This document shows, piece after piece, positions 1-25,133 of a stretch of DNA of 64,000 nt (positions within the stretch are counted from its first letter, which is position 1; every line of letters begins with the position of its first letter). The DNA comes from the human T2T-CHM13v2.0 reference genome, Homo sapiens. The position numbers and the translations under genes were made by a program. The notes under the pieces were generated by a model, which saw only the letters and a list, made by a program, of their open reading frames with translations, was not told where the DNA came from and did no database searches. Location of the stretch: assembly GCF_009914755.1 (NCBI RefSeq), contig NC_060934.1. One strand, given 5' to 3'.

Positions 1-87
1 TAATAATAGTGTCTACTTCATTATAGTGCCTCCAGTCGTTAACACAGTTCCTGGTATGTGGTGGGTGCCTAATAAAATTTGTTCAGA

Positions 88-365
88 CCTGGTGCGGTGG
101 TTTACACCTGTAATTCCAGCGTTTTGGGTGGCCAAGGCAGGAGGATCACTTGAGCCCAGGAGGTCAAGACTAGCCTGGGCAACACAGTGAGACCTTGTCT
201 CTACAAAAAATAAAATTAGCTGCGAATGGTGGCACATGCCCATACTCCCAGCTACTTGGGAAGCTGAGGCTGGAGGATGGCTTAAGCCTCAGAGGTTTAC
301 GCTTCAGTGAGCCCTGATCACACCACTGCACTGTAGCCTAGGGGACAGAAGGAGATCCTGTCTCA
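88..365 (+). mobile_element. Alu (J-like)
   Basis: Dimeric Alu consensus. Confidence 0.9.
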
Positions 366-570
366 GAGACAGAGAGAAAGAAGGAAGGAAGGAAGGAGGG
401 AGGGAGGGAAGAAGGAAGGAAGGAAGGAAAGAAGGAAAGGAGAAAAGAGAAAGGGAGAAAAGAGAGAAAGGGAGAAGGAAGGAAAGAAGGAAGGAGAAAA
501 GAAGAAGAAGGAGGAGGAGGAGGGGAGGAGGAGGAGGAGAAGGAGGAAGGAAGGAAGGAAGGAAAAAGAA
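365..570 (+). repeat. Purine-rich (GGAA)n/(GGA)n simple repeat derived from the Alu tail
   Basis: Essentially pure A/G tract. Confidence 0.95.
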
Positions 571-914
571 ATTTGTTTAATAATTGGCTGAGTGAATCAA
601 TGAATTAATATATAATTTATTTGGAGATTAAATAAGATTATATAATTTTAGTTTGCTAGCACAAACATTCAATAGATGTTGAGTATTACCATCCACATCC
701 TCTTCAGCCTTTGGACTCCTTCCTGCCTCTGTACCTGTGAACAGGCTACCACTCTGCCTGGAGCACCTTCTACTTCTCCATCTTATTTGTCAAGACCCAG
801 GTCAAGCAAGCCTCTATAGTCAGCCTTTCCCAGGTGGTCCTTCCCCACATTGCCTGCCTGCTTCCTTCCTATCACTGTAATACGTCTAATGTTCATACCT
901 AATGACGAGGGGTG

Positions 915-2495
915 TGTAATGGCTTTGTTGATATATAATTCATATACCATAAAATTCACCCATTTAAGGTATACAATTCAGTGGTTTTTAGTACATATTC
1001 ACAGAGTTGTGCAACCATCACCACAATTAATTTAGAATATTTTCAGCCGGGTACAGTGGCTCACATCTATAATCGCAGCACTTCGGGAGGCTGAGGCGGG
1101 AGGATCACTTGAGCTCCAGAGTTCAAGACCAGCTTGGGCAATATATAGTGAGACCCCATCGCTACAAAAAAATCAAACAATTAGCCAGGTGTGGTGGCTC
1201 ACGCCTGTGGTCCCAGCTACTCAGAAGGCTGAGGCGGGAGGATGGCTTGAGACTAGGATGTCAAGGCTGCAGTGAGCTATGATCACACCACTGCATTCCA
1301 ACCTTCTCTAAAAAAAAAAAAAATTGAATATTTTCACCATTTCAGAAGGAAAACCTGTTAACAGTCACTCTACATCTTCTCTCACCTCAACCCAGCCTCT
1401 GGAAATCACGAGTCTACTTTTTGTCACTATAGATTTGCCTATTCTAGACTTTCACATAAATAGAATCATACACTGTTTGTCCTTTTGCGTCTGGCTTCTT
1501 TCACTTAGCATAATGCTTTTAAGGCTTGTCTGTGCTGCGGCATTATCCATGCTTCACTCCTTTTTATAACTGAATAATATTCTGTGGTATGTATACACCA
1601 AATTTTGTTCATCCATTCATTAACCGATGGATATTTGGGGTGTTTACACTTTTTGGCTATTATGGATAATACTCCTACGAATATTTGTGTACAAGTTTTT
1701 CTGTGAATGTATGTTCTCCTGGCTATATATCTAGGAGTGAAATTGCTGGGTCATATGGTAACTCTGTTTAACTTTAAAAATATATATATATATACACATA
1801 TATATTTGTTTTTTCTTTTTAAGAGATAGGGTCTCTTTCTGTCACCCAGGCTGGAGTGCAGTAGTGCAATCACAGCTCGCTGTGACGTTGAACTCCTAAG
1901 CTCAAGTGAGACTCCAGCTTCAGCCTCCCAAGTAGCTAGGACTACCACCATGCTTCGCTAATTTTTTTTGAGATGGAATCATGCTCTGTTCCCCAGGCTG
2001 GAGTGCAGTGGTGTGATCTCTGCTCACTGCAACCTCTGCCTCCTTGGGTTCAAGCAATTCTCCTGCCTCAGCCTCCCAGGTAGCTGGGATTACAGGTGCC
2101 CACCACAACACCCAGCTAATTTTTGTATTTTTAGAAGAGATGGGATTTCACCATGTTGGCCAGCCTGGTTTCGAACTCCTGACCTCAAATCCGCCTGCCT
2201 CAGCCTCCCAAAGTGCCGGGTTTACAGGTGTGAGCCACCATGCCCTGCCCATGCCTGGCTAATTTTAAACATTTTTTGTAGAGATAGTATCTCGCTATGT
2301 TACCCAGGCTGGCCTCAAACTCCCAGACTTAGGCGATCCTCCCGCCTCAGTCTCCCAAACTACTGAGATTACAGGTGTTAGTCACTGTACCCCACCTATG
2401 TTCAACTTTTCAAGGAACTGACTAACTTTTCCAAAGTGGTTGCAGTATTTTACATTACCACCAGCAGTGTATGAGGGTTCCAGTTTCTCCACATC
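915..2495 (-). mobile_element. Ancient L1M (L1MB-like) 3' region interrupted by Alus (1046-1323 +; 1812-2395 - with a nested Alu at 1963-2250)
   Basis: TTGATATATAATTCACATACCATAAAATTCACCCATTT-type 3' end and typical L1M 3' motifs. Confidence 0.75.
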
Positions 2496-2504
2496 TACAA
2501 TACG

Positions 2505-2860
2505 TGCTGTTTGTTTGTTTGTTTGTTTGTTTGTTTGAGACAGGGTCTTGTTCCGTTGTTTGTTTGTTTGTTTGTTTTTTGAGACAGGGTCTTGTTCTGT
2601 TGCCCAGGTTGGAGTGCAGGGCACAATCATGGCTCTTTACAGCTTTGTTCTTCTGGGCTTAAGCAATCCTCCTACGCCAGCCACCCAAGTAGCTGGGACT
2701 ACAGGCAGGTGCCACCACGCCCAGCTAATTTTTACATTTTTTGTAGAGATGAGGTCTCATCATTTTGCCCAGGCTGGTCTCAAACTCATGGGCTCAAGTG
2801 ACCCCCCCAACCTTGGCCTCCCAAAGTGCTGGGATTACAGGTATGAGCCACCATGCCCAT
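2505..2860 (-). mobile_element. Alu (J-like) with (GTTT)n tail and a duplicated 3' end
   Basis: GAGACAGGGTCTTGTTC occurs twice, separated by GTTT repeats. Confidence 0.9.
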
Positions 2861-3194
2861 GATAGATTTTTACTACGAGTAGCACCTTACTAGTGAACCC
2901 CTTGAAGGCAAAGAGAGTGTAATTGTGGTATTCAGCCACCCCGGCTGTTATTAGCCCAGTGCCAGCATAGGGTCAACTTGCAACACATGCTCACCAGGTA
3001 GCAGAAAGCCCATCAGGTCCACATTCTGCTGCTAGTCAGGGGCTACTAGGAAGCAATATTCAGAGTACAGAGTAAGACACATGACTCAGAGAAATTCACA
3101 ATATAGAGAAATGCAAGGTCCACAGGAAAAGTTTAGTCTTACCATGAAACCAAGAAAGCCTCTTCTTGGCGTTGTGCTCGCCACGTGCAGTCCA

Positions 3195-3346
3195 CACCCC
3201 AGCCCCACCCAAAATCTTATTAGAAACGCACATTCTCAGGTGCCATTCCATATCTAGGAGATCAGAATCTCTGGGCAGGCGGCCTAGCAATTGGCTTTAA
3301 CAGCCCTCCAGGTAATTCTGATGTTTGCTGGAGTTTGAGAAGCACA
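3195..3346. mobile_element. MER5A-like hAT DNA transposon remnant
   Basis: TTAGAAA..CACATTCTCAGG..AGAATCTCTGGG..TTTAACAGCCCTCCAGGTAATTCTGATG..GTTTGAGAAGCAC motifs. Confidence 0.7.
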
Positions 3347-3803
3347 GTGTTACAGTATTCTTTTAAGGCTGAATTAGGCATTGTTAGGAGGAGGGGGAAA
3401 GTGGCTTTAATAAGCCAAGAGGTTTTAAAAATTTTTTATTATGTTCAAAATCCTGAGATTTGGGGCACTCTCATAAACAGGCGGGCAAGCCGGTAAGATC
3501 TTTCTGCAGGGCAATTTAACACATGTCCAGATCTTTGTCAATGTGCACACTTGTTGACCCTGCACTTCCACTTCTAGAAATTTATCCTCAGGAAAAAAGC
3601 CAGAGATATTCTCTGAGGTTTATTTATAATGACGTTCTCTTATTGCAGCATTATTTAAAATCAGAAGAAATTGGAAATAAACCAAAAGGTGAATCACTAG
3701 AGACTGAATACATGAACTGTTATCTTCATTACATAATTAATTGAGTCATTTTGTATAGTATTGAATAGCTTTATAAATGAAGAAGAGTTCACATTTAAGT
3801 TAA

Positions 3804-4166
<363 letters not shown>

Positions 4167-4169
4167 GCT

Positions 4170-4558
4170 ATTTTTTTTTCTTTTTTTTTTTTTATTATAC
4201 TTTAAGTTTTAGGGTACATGTGCACAACGTGCAGGTTTGTTACATATGTATACATGTGCCATGTTGGTGTGCTGCACCCACTAACTCGTTATTTAACATT
4301 AGGTATATCTCCTAATGCTATCCCTCTCCCCATCCCCCCACCCCACAACAGGCCCTGGTGTGTGATGTTCCCCTTCCTGTGTCCATGTGTTCTCATTGTT
4401 CAATTCCCACCTATGAGTGAGAACATGCGGTGTTTGGTTTTTTGTCCTTGCGATAGTTTGCTGAGAATGCTGGTTTCCAGCTTCATCCATGTCCCTACAA
4501 AGGACATGAACTCATCATTTTTTATGGCTGCATAATATTCCATGGTACATATGTGCCA
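4170..4558 (-). mobile_element. 5'-truncated L1PA (3' UTR)
   Basis: polyT-TTATACTTTAAGTTTTAGGGTACATGTGCACAACGTGCAGG... Confidence 0.93.
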
Positions 4559-4560
4559 TA

Positions 4561-8122
<3,562 letters not shown>

Positions 8123-8583
8123 TTAGGGCCCAGCACCTCCCAATTCTGATTCATTCGGCTTTTTTTTTTTTTTTAAACAGATAGCTCTGGTAGTTCAGGG
8201 ACCACTTGGAGAAAGTCTGCCTTAGAGAGCTGGCAGCATTTATATCACTGGGTGTGCTGAACACCATTCATCAGTGTTCTCCTCCTACTTCATTGATTTT
8301 TTTTTTTAATAAAATAAGGCATACTGCATATGCTTTTAGAAAAATAATTCCAAGAGTACAGAAGCTTTTAAAGAAGAAGGAAACTCTCTGACCTTATCTA
8401 TTCCTTGCTTACTCCACAGTTCCACTCCCCAGAGGTAATCATTGTTACTGTGGTTTTAGATTTCTTAACTGTGGTTTGGATTTGGATTTTCATTGTCTAT
8501 GCTTATAGAAGCATATCTATTGATATACGTCTTTCCTCCAAATGCTCCCTTTGTAAAAAACACAAATAGGATCATATGATAGA

Positions 8584-8800
8584 GCAGGGATTGGAAAATG
8601 TTTTCTGTAAACAGACAAACAGTAAATACTTTTGGCTTTTGGGGCCATATGGTCACTGTCCTAACTACTGAACACTCCACTGTAGACGGAAGGCAGCCAC
8701 AGACAATTTGCAAATGAAAAGATGTTGGCTATGTTCCAATAAAATTTTATTTACAAAACAGGCAGCAGGCTGGATTTGGCCCACAAGTCATAGTTTACCA
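8584..8800. mobile_element. MER58A-like hAT DNA transposon
   Basis: TTTTCTGTAAA..AGTAAATA..GGGCCATATGGTC..GTTCCAATAAAA.TTTATTTACAAAA..GGCTGGATTTGGCCC. Confidence 0.75.
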
Positions 8801-9897
8801 CTATAGAGTACTACAATTTTCTCTCCTCACTTATATATTTTGAACATCTTTTCCATATCAGTCCATGCAGTGATTTCACTCTTTAAGTGCTGTGGGTATG
8901 AGTAACAGATTCAGCCATTCCTCTGTGGGGCAGTTAAGTACTTTTCCAGATTTTGCTATTGCAAACAAAGCTGCTGTATACTATGTGTTTGGTTGACTGT
9001 TCTGCAGAATGAATTCCTAGAATTGCTGAGTCAAAGATTAAGTATGAATTTAAATTTTTGATAGATATTGCCAAATTGCTCTCAGACTTCAAGTTCAGAT
9101 TGCCACATAACCTTGTGATTCTCATTGCTTAACCTTATTCCTGGCAAGTATTTCCTTAATTTAAAGGTTTTGTAATAATCAGGGAAAGATCTCAAAGATC
9201 GACAGAGGTAGCAATGAACTATATAGCAATTGATTCAAATTTATAACTCATAAAAACTTTTCCACCATGGCAATTTGCACAACATTCTTATTAATGCAAA
9301 AGTAAATTCCTTTCTGCCTTGAGACTCCCAGGAAGCAGTAGGAGCAGCTTTTTCTAAATGTAAAGAACGTCATGTGCAAAAGCACAAGTTAGGCCCTTGT
9401 AGAGCAAATATGCTTATCAGATTGAAAATAATTGCCATCAGAGCAGTAGCACGTGTAGGCCTGGGCTCAGTGGTGAGTGATTTGGGTTCTCATTCAGACC
9501 CTTTACATAACCAGGCCAAGGCATCAAGTTTCCTTACCTGGGAAAAAAAAATGCATTGATCACACTAAGAGTTGTTGAGATCACAACTATAAACAACCAG
9601 GCTTCACCGAACGCCCACTATGACATGGACAGTGGGCAAGCTCCTTCACATATGTTCCTGCCAATCCTGTGACGCAGATGGGAAAACTAAAGCCCAGACA
9701 TGTTAAGTACCCACTAATAATGATTGTGAAAGCAGACAAATAACATAAAGCTAGTAGGAAAATCCCTGGTCTCAAGGTCAGATGACCTGGGTCTAAGTCC
9801 TGCTTCAGCCACTTACTGACTTTGGATAAATTTAAGTGACTTTGGCTAAATTACTTAGGTTCTCTGCATCTTTTTCTTATAAAAAAAAAAAAAAAGA

Positions 9898-10205
9898 GGC
9901 TGGGTGTGGTAGCTCACATCTGTAAACCCTGTAAACCCAGCACTTCGAGAGGCTGAGCTGGGAAGATCACTTGAGTCCAGGAGTCTGAGGTTTGAGACCA
10001 GCCTGGGCAATATAGTAAGACCCCATCTCTACAAAACAATTTAAAATTTAGCCAGGCATGGTGGCACATGCCTGTAGTCCTAGCTATTCAGGAGGCTGAG
10101 GTGGGAGGATCGCTTGAGCCCAGGAGTTCAAGGCTGCAATGAGCTATGATTATACCACTGCACTCCAGCCTGGGCAACAGAGCAAAACCCTAACTAATAA
10201 ATAAA
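9898..10205 (+). mobile_element. Alu (J-like)
   Basis: Alu consensus. Confidence 0.9.
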
Positions 10206-10768
10206 TAAGAAGAGCTTATTTCTCTCTGTGTTAAATGAGGTGTGTCAAAATACCTGGCACTCTCACAGTTATTTCCTTTACTCCATGGTAAGACTGGACT
10301 TCCTTACCACCTTGAGGTCAGGCATGGTCATTCGGCTTGCTCTAGCCAGTGAAATGTCTGTGATGTGCGTCACTTCTGGGCAGAAGCACCTAATCACCAG
10401 TGCAAGGCTCCACCACTTTCTTCCTCCGAGAGGCTGATCGACATGAGAAAGCACGTGTTAACACGGAGGCGTGATGCTAAGCTATCATAGGGGAACAGCT
10501 GCCCACAAGCAGAGCCTACTTTATGTGAGTGAGGAATCAACTTTTGTTTCCTTAAGCCATTGAGATTTGGGGGGATTGCTGTGCATAACCAAGCCCATCC
10601 TACTGTCAGGGTGACCTCATCTGTCTTGCTCAACACTATATCCCCAGTGTCTAAAACAGTGCCTGGCAAACTCAAATCTCAAGAAGTGTTCCTAAGAGGG
10701 CTGTTCCAGGAATTAAGATTTCTTTTGGCTTTAGTACCCAGATGACTTTTATCTAGCATGGATGATGA

Positions 10769-13115
<2,347 letters not shown>

Positions 13116-13415
13116 CACAAGTATTATACATTTCCTTGCTTTTAACAGAGGAGTGACAGCTTTCTGCAGAGGATCTTGCACAGAACTATTGCTAATATTT
13201 CCTCCTGTACTATTCCATCCTCTTTCCTTTTCATAATATGGGTAATTCCTATCTAGGAGGCCAATACATGTGAGGTCTCTCACACTGTATAATCGTCATT
13301 AGAAAACTGACTTCTTACCCCTACAAAATTGAATCATTTTATAAATCACATATTACAATGACTGAGACATCATTTAAAAATAGAAGCACTTACAAAAGGA
13401 ATAAGAAAAACATTA

Positions 13416-18945
<5,530 letters not shown>

Positions 18946-19092
18946 TCTGAATGGGCTGGGCACAGTGGCTCACACCTCTAATCCCAGCACTTTGGGAGGC
19001 TGAGGTGGGTGGATCACTTGAGGACAGGAGTTCGAGAGCAGCCCGGCCAACGTGGTGAACCCCGTCTCTACTAAAAATACCAGAATTAGTCA

Positions 19093-19230
<138 letters not shown>

Positions 19231-19734
19231 TCAAAAAAAAAAAAAAGAATCTGAATGCATACTACATGCCATTACATGAATAATGTCTGTTTCACAGATG
19301 AAGGAACTGAAGTTGAGTGGTTGGTAAACTGACTTAAGATTACAGAGCTAGTAAGAAGATGGGCTGGCATTCAAACTGGTTTGTTCAGCTGATAACTTAG
19401 AATATAATATAAATGACTTAAGCGTCCAATTAGTTGACTGAAGAAGTAAAAAAATAACTATTAATATATAACTTCAAAGGGTGAGCAACATTGTGCTTTC
19501 TGCTAATATGATATAAATTTAAAAACTTTTGCTTTAGAATGGTATGCTAGGACTTATGTACTAGAGCATAGTATCAAGAGTACTATAAATATAAGCGATT
19601 TCTTCGTCTAATAATTATAAATTTGAATTATAAGACTATCAACAGAAAACAAACACCAAAAAATACCCATACCTACTTAATGTTGGCTTCAGATTAAAAT
19701 AAAAATATCCTAAGCCAAGTTTCAGCAAAATAAT

Positions 19735-19740
19735 TTTATT
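19735..19740 (-). terminator. PPA1: PPA1 polyadenylation signal AATAAA (3' UTR ~320 nt, cleavage ~19720)
   Basis: tttatt on + strand, ~300 nt after the stop; U-rich downstream element (aaaataaaaa on +, ~19696-19705). Confidence 0.85.
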
Positions 19741-20039
19741 TCCTAACATATGGTAACATATACATCCAATATGTGCTCCCCTTGCACATCTATTCACAAG
19801 TGACTTCCAAATGACAACTGCTTTGATATTTAAGCATGTGCTAAAAGTTATCTTAGTTGAGATATGAAAAATGCTTTAGATGGATAACATTCTGAGTATA
19901 TTGGATTAGTCACAGCAGAATTTACTTTAGTTAGATGAGTTCTACAAATTTAAAGCTTTGAAAAGCTACTACTTTTACTTCTAATACATCCAGATGAACA
20001 CGATGTAGCAATATCAGCTTGTATTCCAGAGAAATCTCA

Positions 20040-20071
20040 TTAGTTTTTCTGGTGATGGAACCACTTATCCA
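20040..20071 (-). CDS. PPA1: PPA1 exon 11 coding part (VDKWFHHQKN*)
   Basis: TACAG| acceptor, TAA at 20042-20040; 32 nt. Confidence 0.97.
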
Positions 20072-21757
20072 CTGTATTCAGAGAAAAGAAAAACAAATTA
20101 GAATTCCTGTTGAGAATCAAAAATACACCTAACATATAACAAAGACTAATATACTTGCTTTAATGAATCCTACTATGAATTACCTGAAAATTAACAGGCA
20201 TACATACAAAATTTCTCTACAGCAAATGCAGGTGTTTTCTTTTGGGCTTCCTTACACTTCATGCTAATTGCATAGTGTGATTTTCAAACTTTTTTTTTTA
20301 ATTTCGAGACAGGGTCTCACTCTCTTGCCCAGATTGCAGTGCAGTGGCAGCAATCATGGCTCACTGCAACCTCCATCTTCCAGGTTCAAGCAATTCTCGT
20401 GCCTCAGTCTCCCCAGCAGCTGGTATTACAGACGTGTGCCACCACATCTAGCAAATTTTTGTATTTTTTTTTTGTAGAGACATGGTTTCTCCATGTTGGC
20501 CAGGCTGGTCTCGAACTCCTGGGCTCAAGTGATCCGCCCGCCTCAGCCTCCCAAAGTGCTGGGATGACAGGTGTGAGCCACCACACCCAGCCTTCAAACT
20601 TGTTTTTTTAAGTGGCAGAATCATTTTCTTACCAGAAAAATCTTACAGAGAATTCTGACATCTAAGGAGGAGAGAACTGTTTTCTGGGTGAAGCAGCCTG
20701 TGGCCAGGTGGGAATGTGGAGATCAGCCCACTCAGGGTCCCCTCCAGTGTCCAGCGGGCACCTCCATGGAACTCAGAGGGGCACAATGGGTCATGGTTTG
20801 GAAACCACTGTGATACAGTGTGGCACTAAAGGTGGTATGTAGCAGCTCATCTTCCTTCCCACGTACACTACAGAATTCTAAAAATGCTTCTCTTCTCACC
20901 CTTCTTCCCTCTCTTCCTGTGTATGTTAAAAATATGTACGTGGCTGCGTGCAGTGGCTCACGCCTGTAATCCTAGCACTTTGGGAGGACAAGGTAGGTGG
21001 ATCGCCAGCCTGGGTGACATGGCGAAACCCGGCCTGATTAGTGTTCAAGACCAGCCTGGTTCGAGACCTGGTTTGAGACCAGCTTGGGCAACATGGTGAA
21101 ACTCTATCTCTACAAATTATAAAAAAATTAGACAGGTATGGTGGCACATGTCTGCAGTCCCAGCTATTTGGGAGGCTGAGATGGGAGAATCACTTTAACT
21201 TGGGGGGGTTACGGGTACAATGAGCTGTGATTGTGCCCCTGCACTCCAGCCTGGGTGACAGAGTGACAGCCTGGGTGACTCTGTGTCAAAAAACAAAAAA
21301 CAAGCCAGGTACAGAAAGACAAATACCACATGATCTCATTTATATGTGCAATATAAAAAAGGTAAATTCATAGAGGTAGAGAGTAGAATGGTGGTTGCCA
21401 GGAGCTGAAGGATGGGGAAAGGGCAGGCGATGGTCAAAGGGTACCAAGTTTTAGTTAGACAAAAGGAATAAGCTTTAGTGATCTATTGCACAGGATGGTG
21501 ACTGTAACATCTATTTCAAAATTGCTAAGAGTAGATTTCAAATGTTTTTACCACACAACAAATAATGATTAAGTATGTGAGGTAATGATTTCGTAATTAG
21601 CCAGATTTAATCATTCCACATTGTAAACATATATCAAAACATCACACTGTACCCATAAATATATTTAATTATCATTTGTCAACTAAAAATAAAAGTAACA
21701 TAATTTTTCCATAACTGTGTAATGTTTAATGAAATTTTACTGGAATAGAAATCTTAC

Positions 21758-21800
21758 CGTCTGTTGGTACTGTGCAGGCAGATTCACAGGGTGGTGGTAA
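21758..21800 (-). CDS. PPA1: PPA1 exon 10 (LPPPCESACTVPTD+1 nt)
   Basis: TTTTAG| acceptor, ACG|GTAAGA donor; 43 nt. Confidence 0.97.
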
Positions 21801-23148
21801 CTAAAATATAAAATATTAAAATCTATTAGTCTAATCTCATTTTTTAAAAAGCTAAAAAGGTATACTGACAAAAATTTAAGAGAATCTGAAGACTATCCCA
21901 AATTTTAGGATCTAAACGTAATTTATAATATATAGGAACAATAGAAGGTTTGCTCTACTGCTGAGATGCTAACAAATTCAAGCCTCTTGGACAGTGCAGT
22001 GGCTCATGCCCATAATCCCAACACTTCGGGAGGCTGAAGTGGGTGGATCACAAGGTCAGGAGTTCAAGACCAGCCTGGCCAAGATGGTGAAACCCCGTCT
22101 CTACTAAAAATAAAAGCTGGGCATGGTGGCGGGCACCTGTAATCCCAGCTGCTCGGGAGGCTGAGGCAGAGAACCGCTTGAACCTGGGAGGCGGAGGTTG
22201 CAGTAAGCTGAGATTGCGCCACTGCACTCCAGTCTGGGCAACAGAGCGAGACTTGTCTCAAAAAAAAAAAAAAAAATTCAAGCCTCTTGACTTTTTATGA
22301 CATGCAGAATAATAAGAATGTTTTTTGAAATAATAAAAACTGATTTATGCATATATAACAATTTTATATATACACACATATTTATAAAATATGGGCAGTG
22401 TTCTCACTGAAAAATTATAATAGTTAACCACTGGCTTTTCCCTTATAATTTTTCTTATTTATCTCAACTTTGTCGGGATTCATACATAAATAAAGATAAA
22501 ACTAAATGTACTGGTTTCATCATTAAATTGTCCTTTTTTCCTTGTTCTACCCCATTTACAAGGCAGTAAAAAAGTCAGACCTCATTTTCTTTTGTTTTCC
22601 TTATTTAATATTATAAATGAAAATAATTTAAGATGATCTCGTTCAATTTTTTGGTTAATCCAAACCAAATAATTAAAAATAGTACAAAAACAAAATTATT
22701 GCTTTGACGGGTGCTTTTACTACCTCACATGAAAGCCTTTCTTAGATTATGAATCATTCCTGCAATGGTACCTAAAACTTGATACCTTCCTCAGTCCTTG
22801 CTAGAACCAAGTCAAGTAAATTCCCATTGATTCTTTTGCGGAAATGGCTTATGATGGGTCATAGGCACACAGGTTACTTGGTACATTCTGGAACCATTCT
22901 GATTTTTACAAATCTTACTACCATGCTATCTGTCCAACTTATGATTGATTAGAATCACTCCCTCAGCTTCTCCCTCAGTCAAATGGCCACTTGCATGTGT
23001 TCATGGTTTCTAATTTCAAGACTCCACACAGTAACATGCATACAAAAGGCACTCAAGTATTTGTCGAAACAAGTACTTCCTCTCCCCATTTAGCATCATA
23101 GTTTTTAGCAACCAGGCTTGTTTTTTTTTTAAGGAAACTTTTACATAC

Positions 23149-23218
23149 AGCATCCACAATGGCTCTGGCAGCATCAGGATCACACTTGAAGGGGCTCTCA
23201 GACAAAGTTGTATTCATG
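23149..23218 (-). CDS. PPA1: PPA1 exon 9 (CMNTTLSESPFKCDPDAARAIVDA)
   Basis: TTTAATAG| acceptor, GCT|GTATGT donor; 70 nt. Confidence 0.97.
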
Positions 23219-23730
23219 CTATTAAATAAAACAAAAGTAGTCATAAGACAAAATAACAAAAATTATCTCTTAAGAGTTAAAAAATGAGTTGAAAGTGGTT
23301 GACCAGGTGATATTCAAGTTTAGTTTAGTCGAAAGCTTTTTCACCTACATTTAACATTCTAATTATGTATTTTGGCAAGGCATAGCTATTCTTGTGATCA
23401 ATTTTATTCAAATATCTTAACAAGTTCGGATTTAAGAAACTGAGATTGGGCTAGGTGTGGTGGCTCATGCCTGTAATTCCAGCACTTTGGGAGGCTGAGG
23501 CAGGCGGATCATGAGGTCAAGAGATCGAGACCATCCTGGCCAACACGGTGAAACCCCATCTCTACTAAAAATACAAAAATTAGCCGGGCGTGGTGGCGCA
23601 TGCCTGTAGTCCCAGCTACTCGGGAGGCTGAGGCAGGAGAATCGCTTGAATCTGGAAGGCGGAGATTTCAGTCAGCTGAGATCGCGCCACTGCACTCCAG
23701 CCTGGTGACAGAGCAAGACTGCGTTGCAAT

Positions 23731-23800
23731 AAGGAGGAGAGGAGAGGAGAGGAGGGGAGGGGAGGGGAGGGGAGGGGAGGGGAGGGGAGGGGAGGAGAGG
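23731..23800 (+). repeat. (GGAGA)n/(GGAGG)n purine repeat replacing an Alu tail
   Basis: Lies inside the Alu TSD AAGAAACTGAGATTG (23434-23448, 23805-23819). Confidence 0.9.
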
Positions 23801-24899
23801 ACGAAAGAAACTGAGATTGAATGCTTTGTAATTCTCACAGAAATAGCTAAGAAATGTGAATTGAGAAACATATCTTTCTTAATTGGAAAAAATAATGAAA
23901 CAAAAAAAAACCCAGTTCCTGTAGTGTTGGTGAGACATCTGAAACAGACACTTCTGGTAGGAGTCCTGGTTCAATCTTTCTGAAAAATATTTCTGTAAAA
24001 TGTATCCAAAACCTTTTAAAAAGCTCATAGGTCTTGATAGAGAAATTCCACCTCTAAGAACCCAATCCAATACTGAAACGGTAATTTACAAAGGTGTTTA
24101 CCATATACTATTTCACTATTAATAGTGGTGAAAAATTGGAAGTAACCAAAATGTCCAATAATAAGAAATGATTAAAAATAGTTTATCCTTCTTTGCAGGG
24201 ATTTAAAAATAAAAAGGTTTATCCATAAAACATATTATACAGAGATGGAATATTATATTATTAAAATATGATATTTCTAGACTGGGCATGGTGGCTCGCA
24301 TCTGTAGTCTAAGCACTTTTGGAGGCTGAGGTGTGAGAGGATCACTTAAAGCCAGGGGGTCAAGATCAGCCTGGACAACACAGCAAGACACTGTCTCTAC
24401 AACAAATTTAAAAATCATCTGGGAGTGGTGATGCGTGCCTGTAGTACCCAGCTACTTGGCAGGCTGAGACAGAAGGATCACTTCTTTGAGGTTACAGTGA
24501 GCTATTATAGTAACACTGCACTTCAGCCTGGGCGAGAGACCCTGTCTCTAAAAAAAAAATTATATCTTTTATGACATGAGGAAATGCTTATTACATAGTG
24601 TTAAATTTTAAAAATCGTAAGACAAGTCGTGTATATAATACAATCCTAATATGTTTTTTGGGTTTTTTTAGCCCACTTTAGTCTAAAATATGGATCATGT
24701 TTTAAAAATACATTTTATTTTTGTTTATCCGTAGTTCAAGTTTTCCTATATATTAGTCATTATAGTACTAATATAATATGTGCCCAATTAGAAATATTCC
24801 ATCAAGGCCGGGTGTGGTGGCTCACGCCTGTTAATCCCACCACTTTGGGAGGCCGAGGCGGGCAGATCATGAGTCAGAGGTTCGAGACCAGCCTGGTTA

Positions 24900-25133
<234 letters not shown>

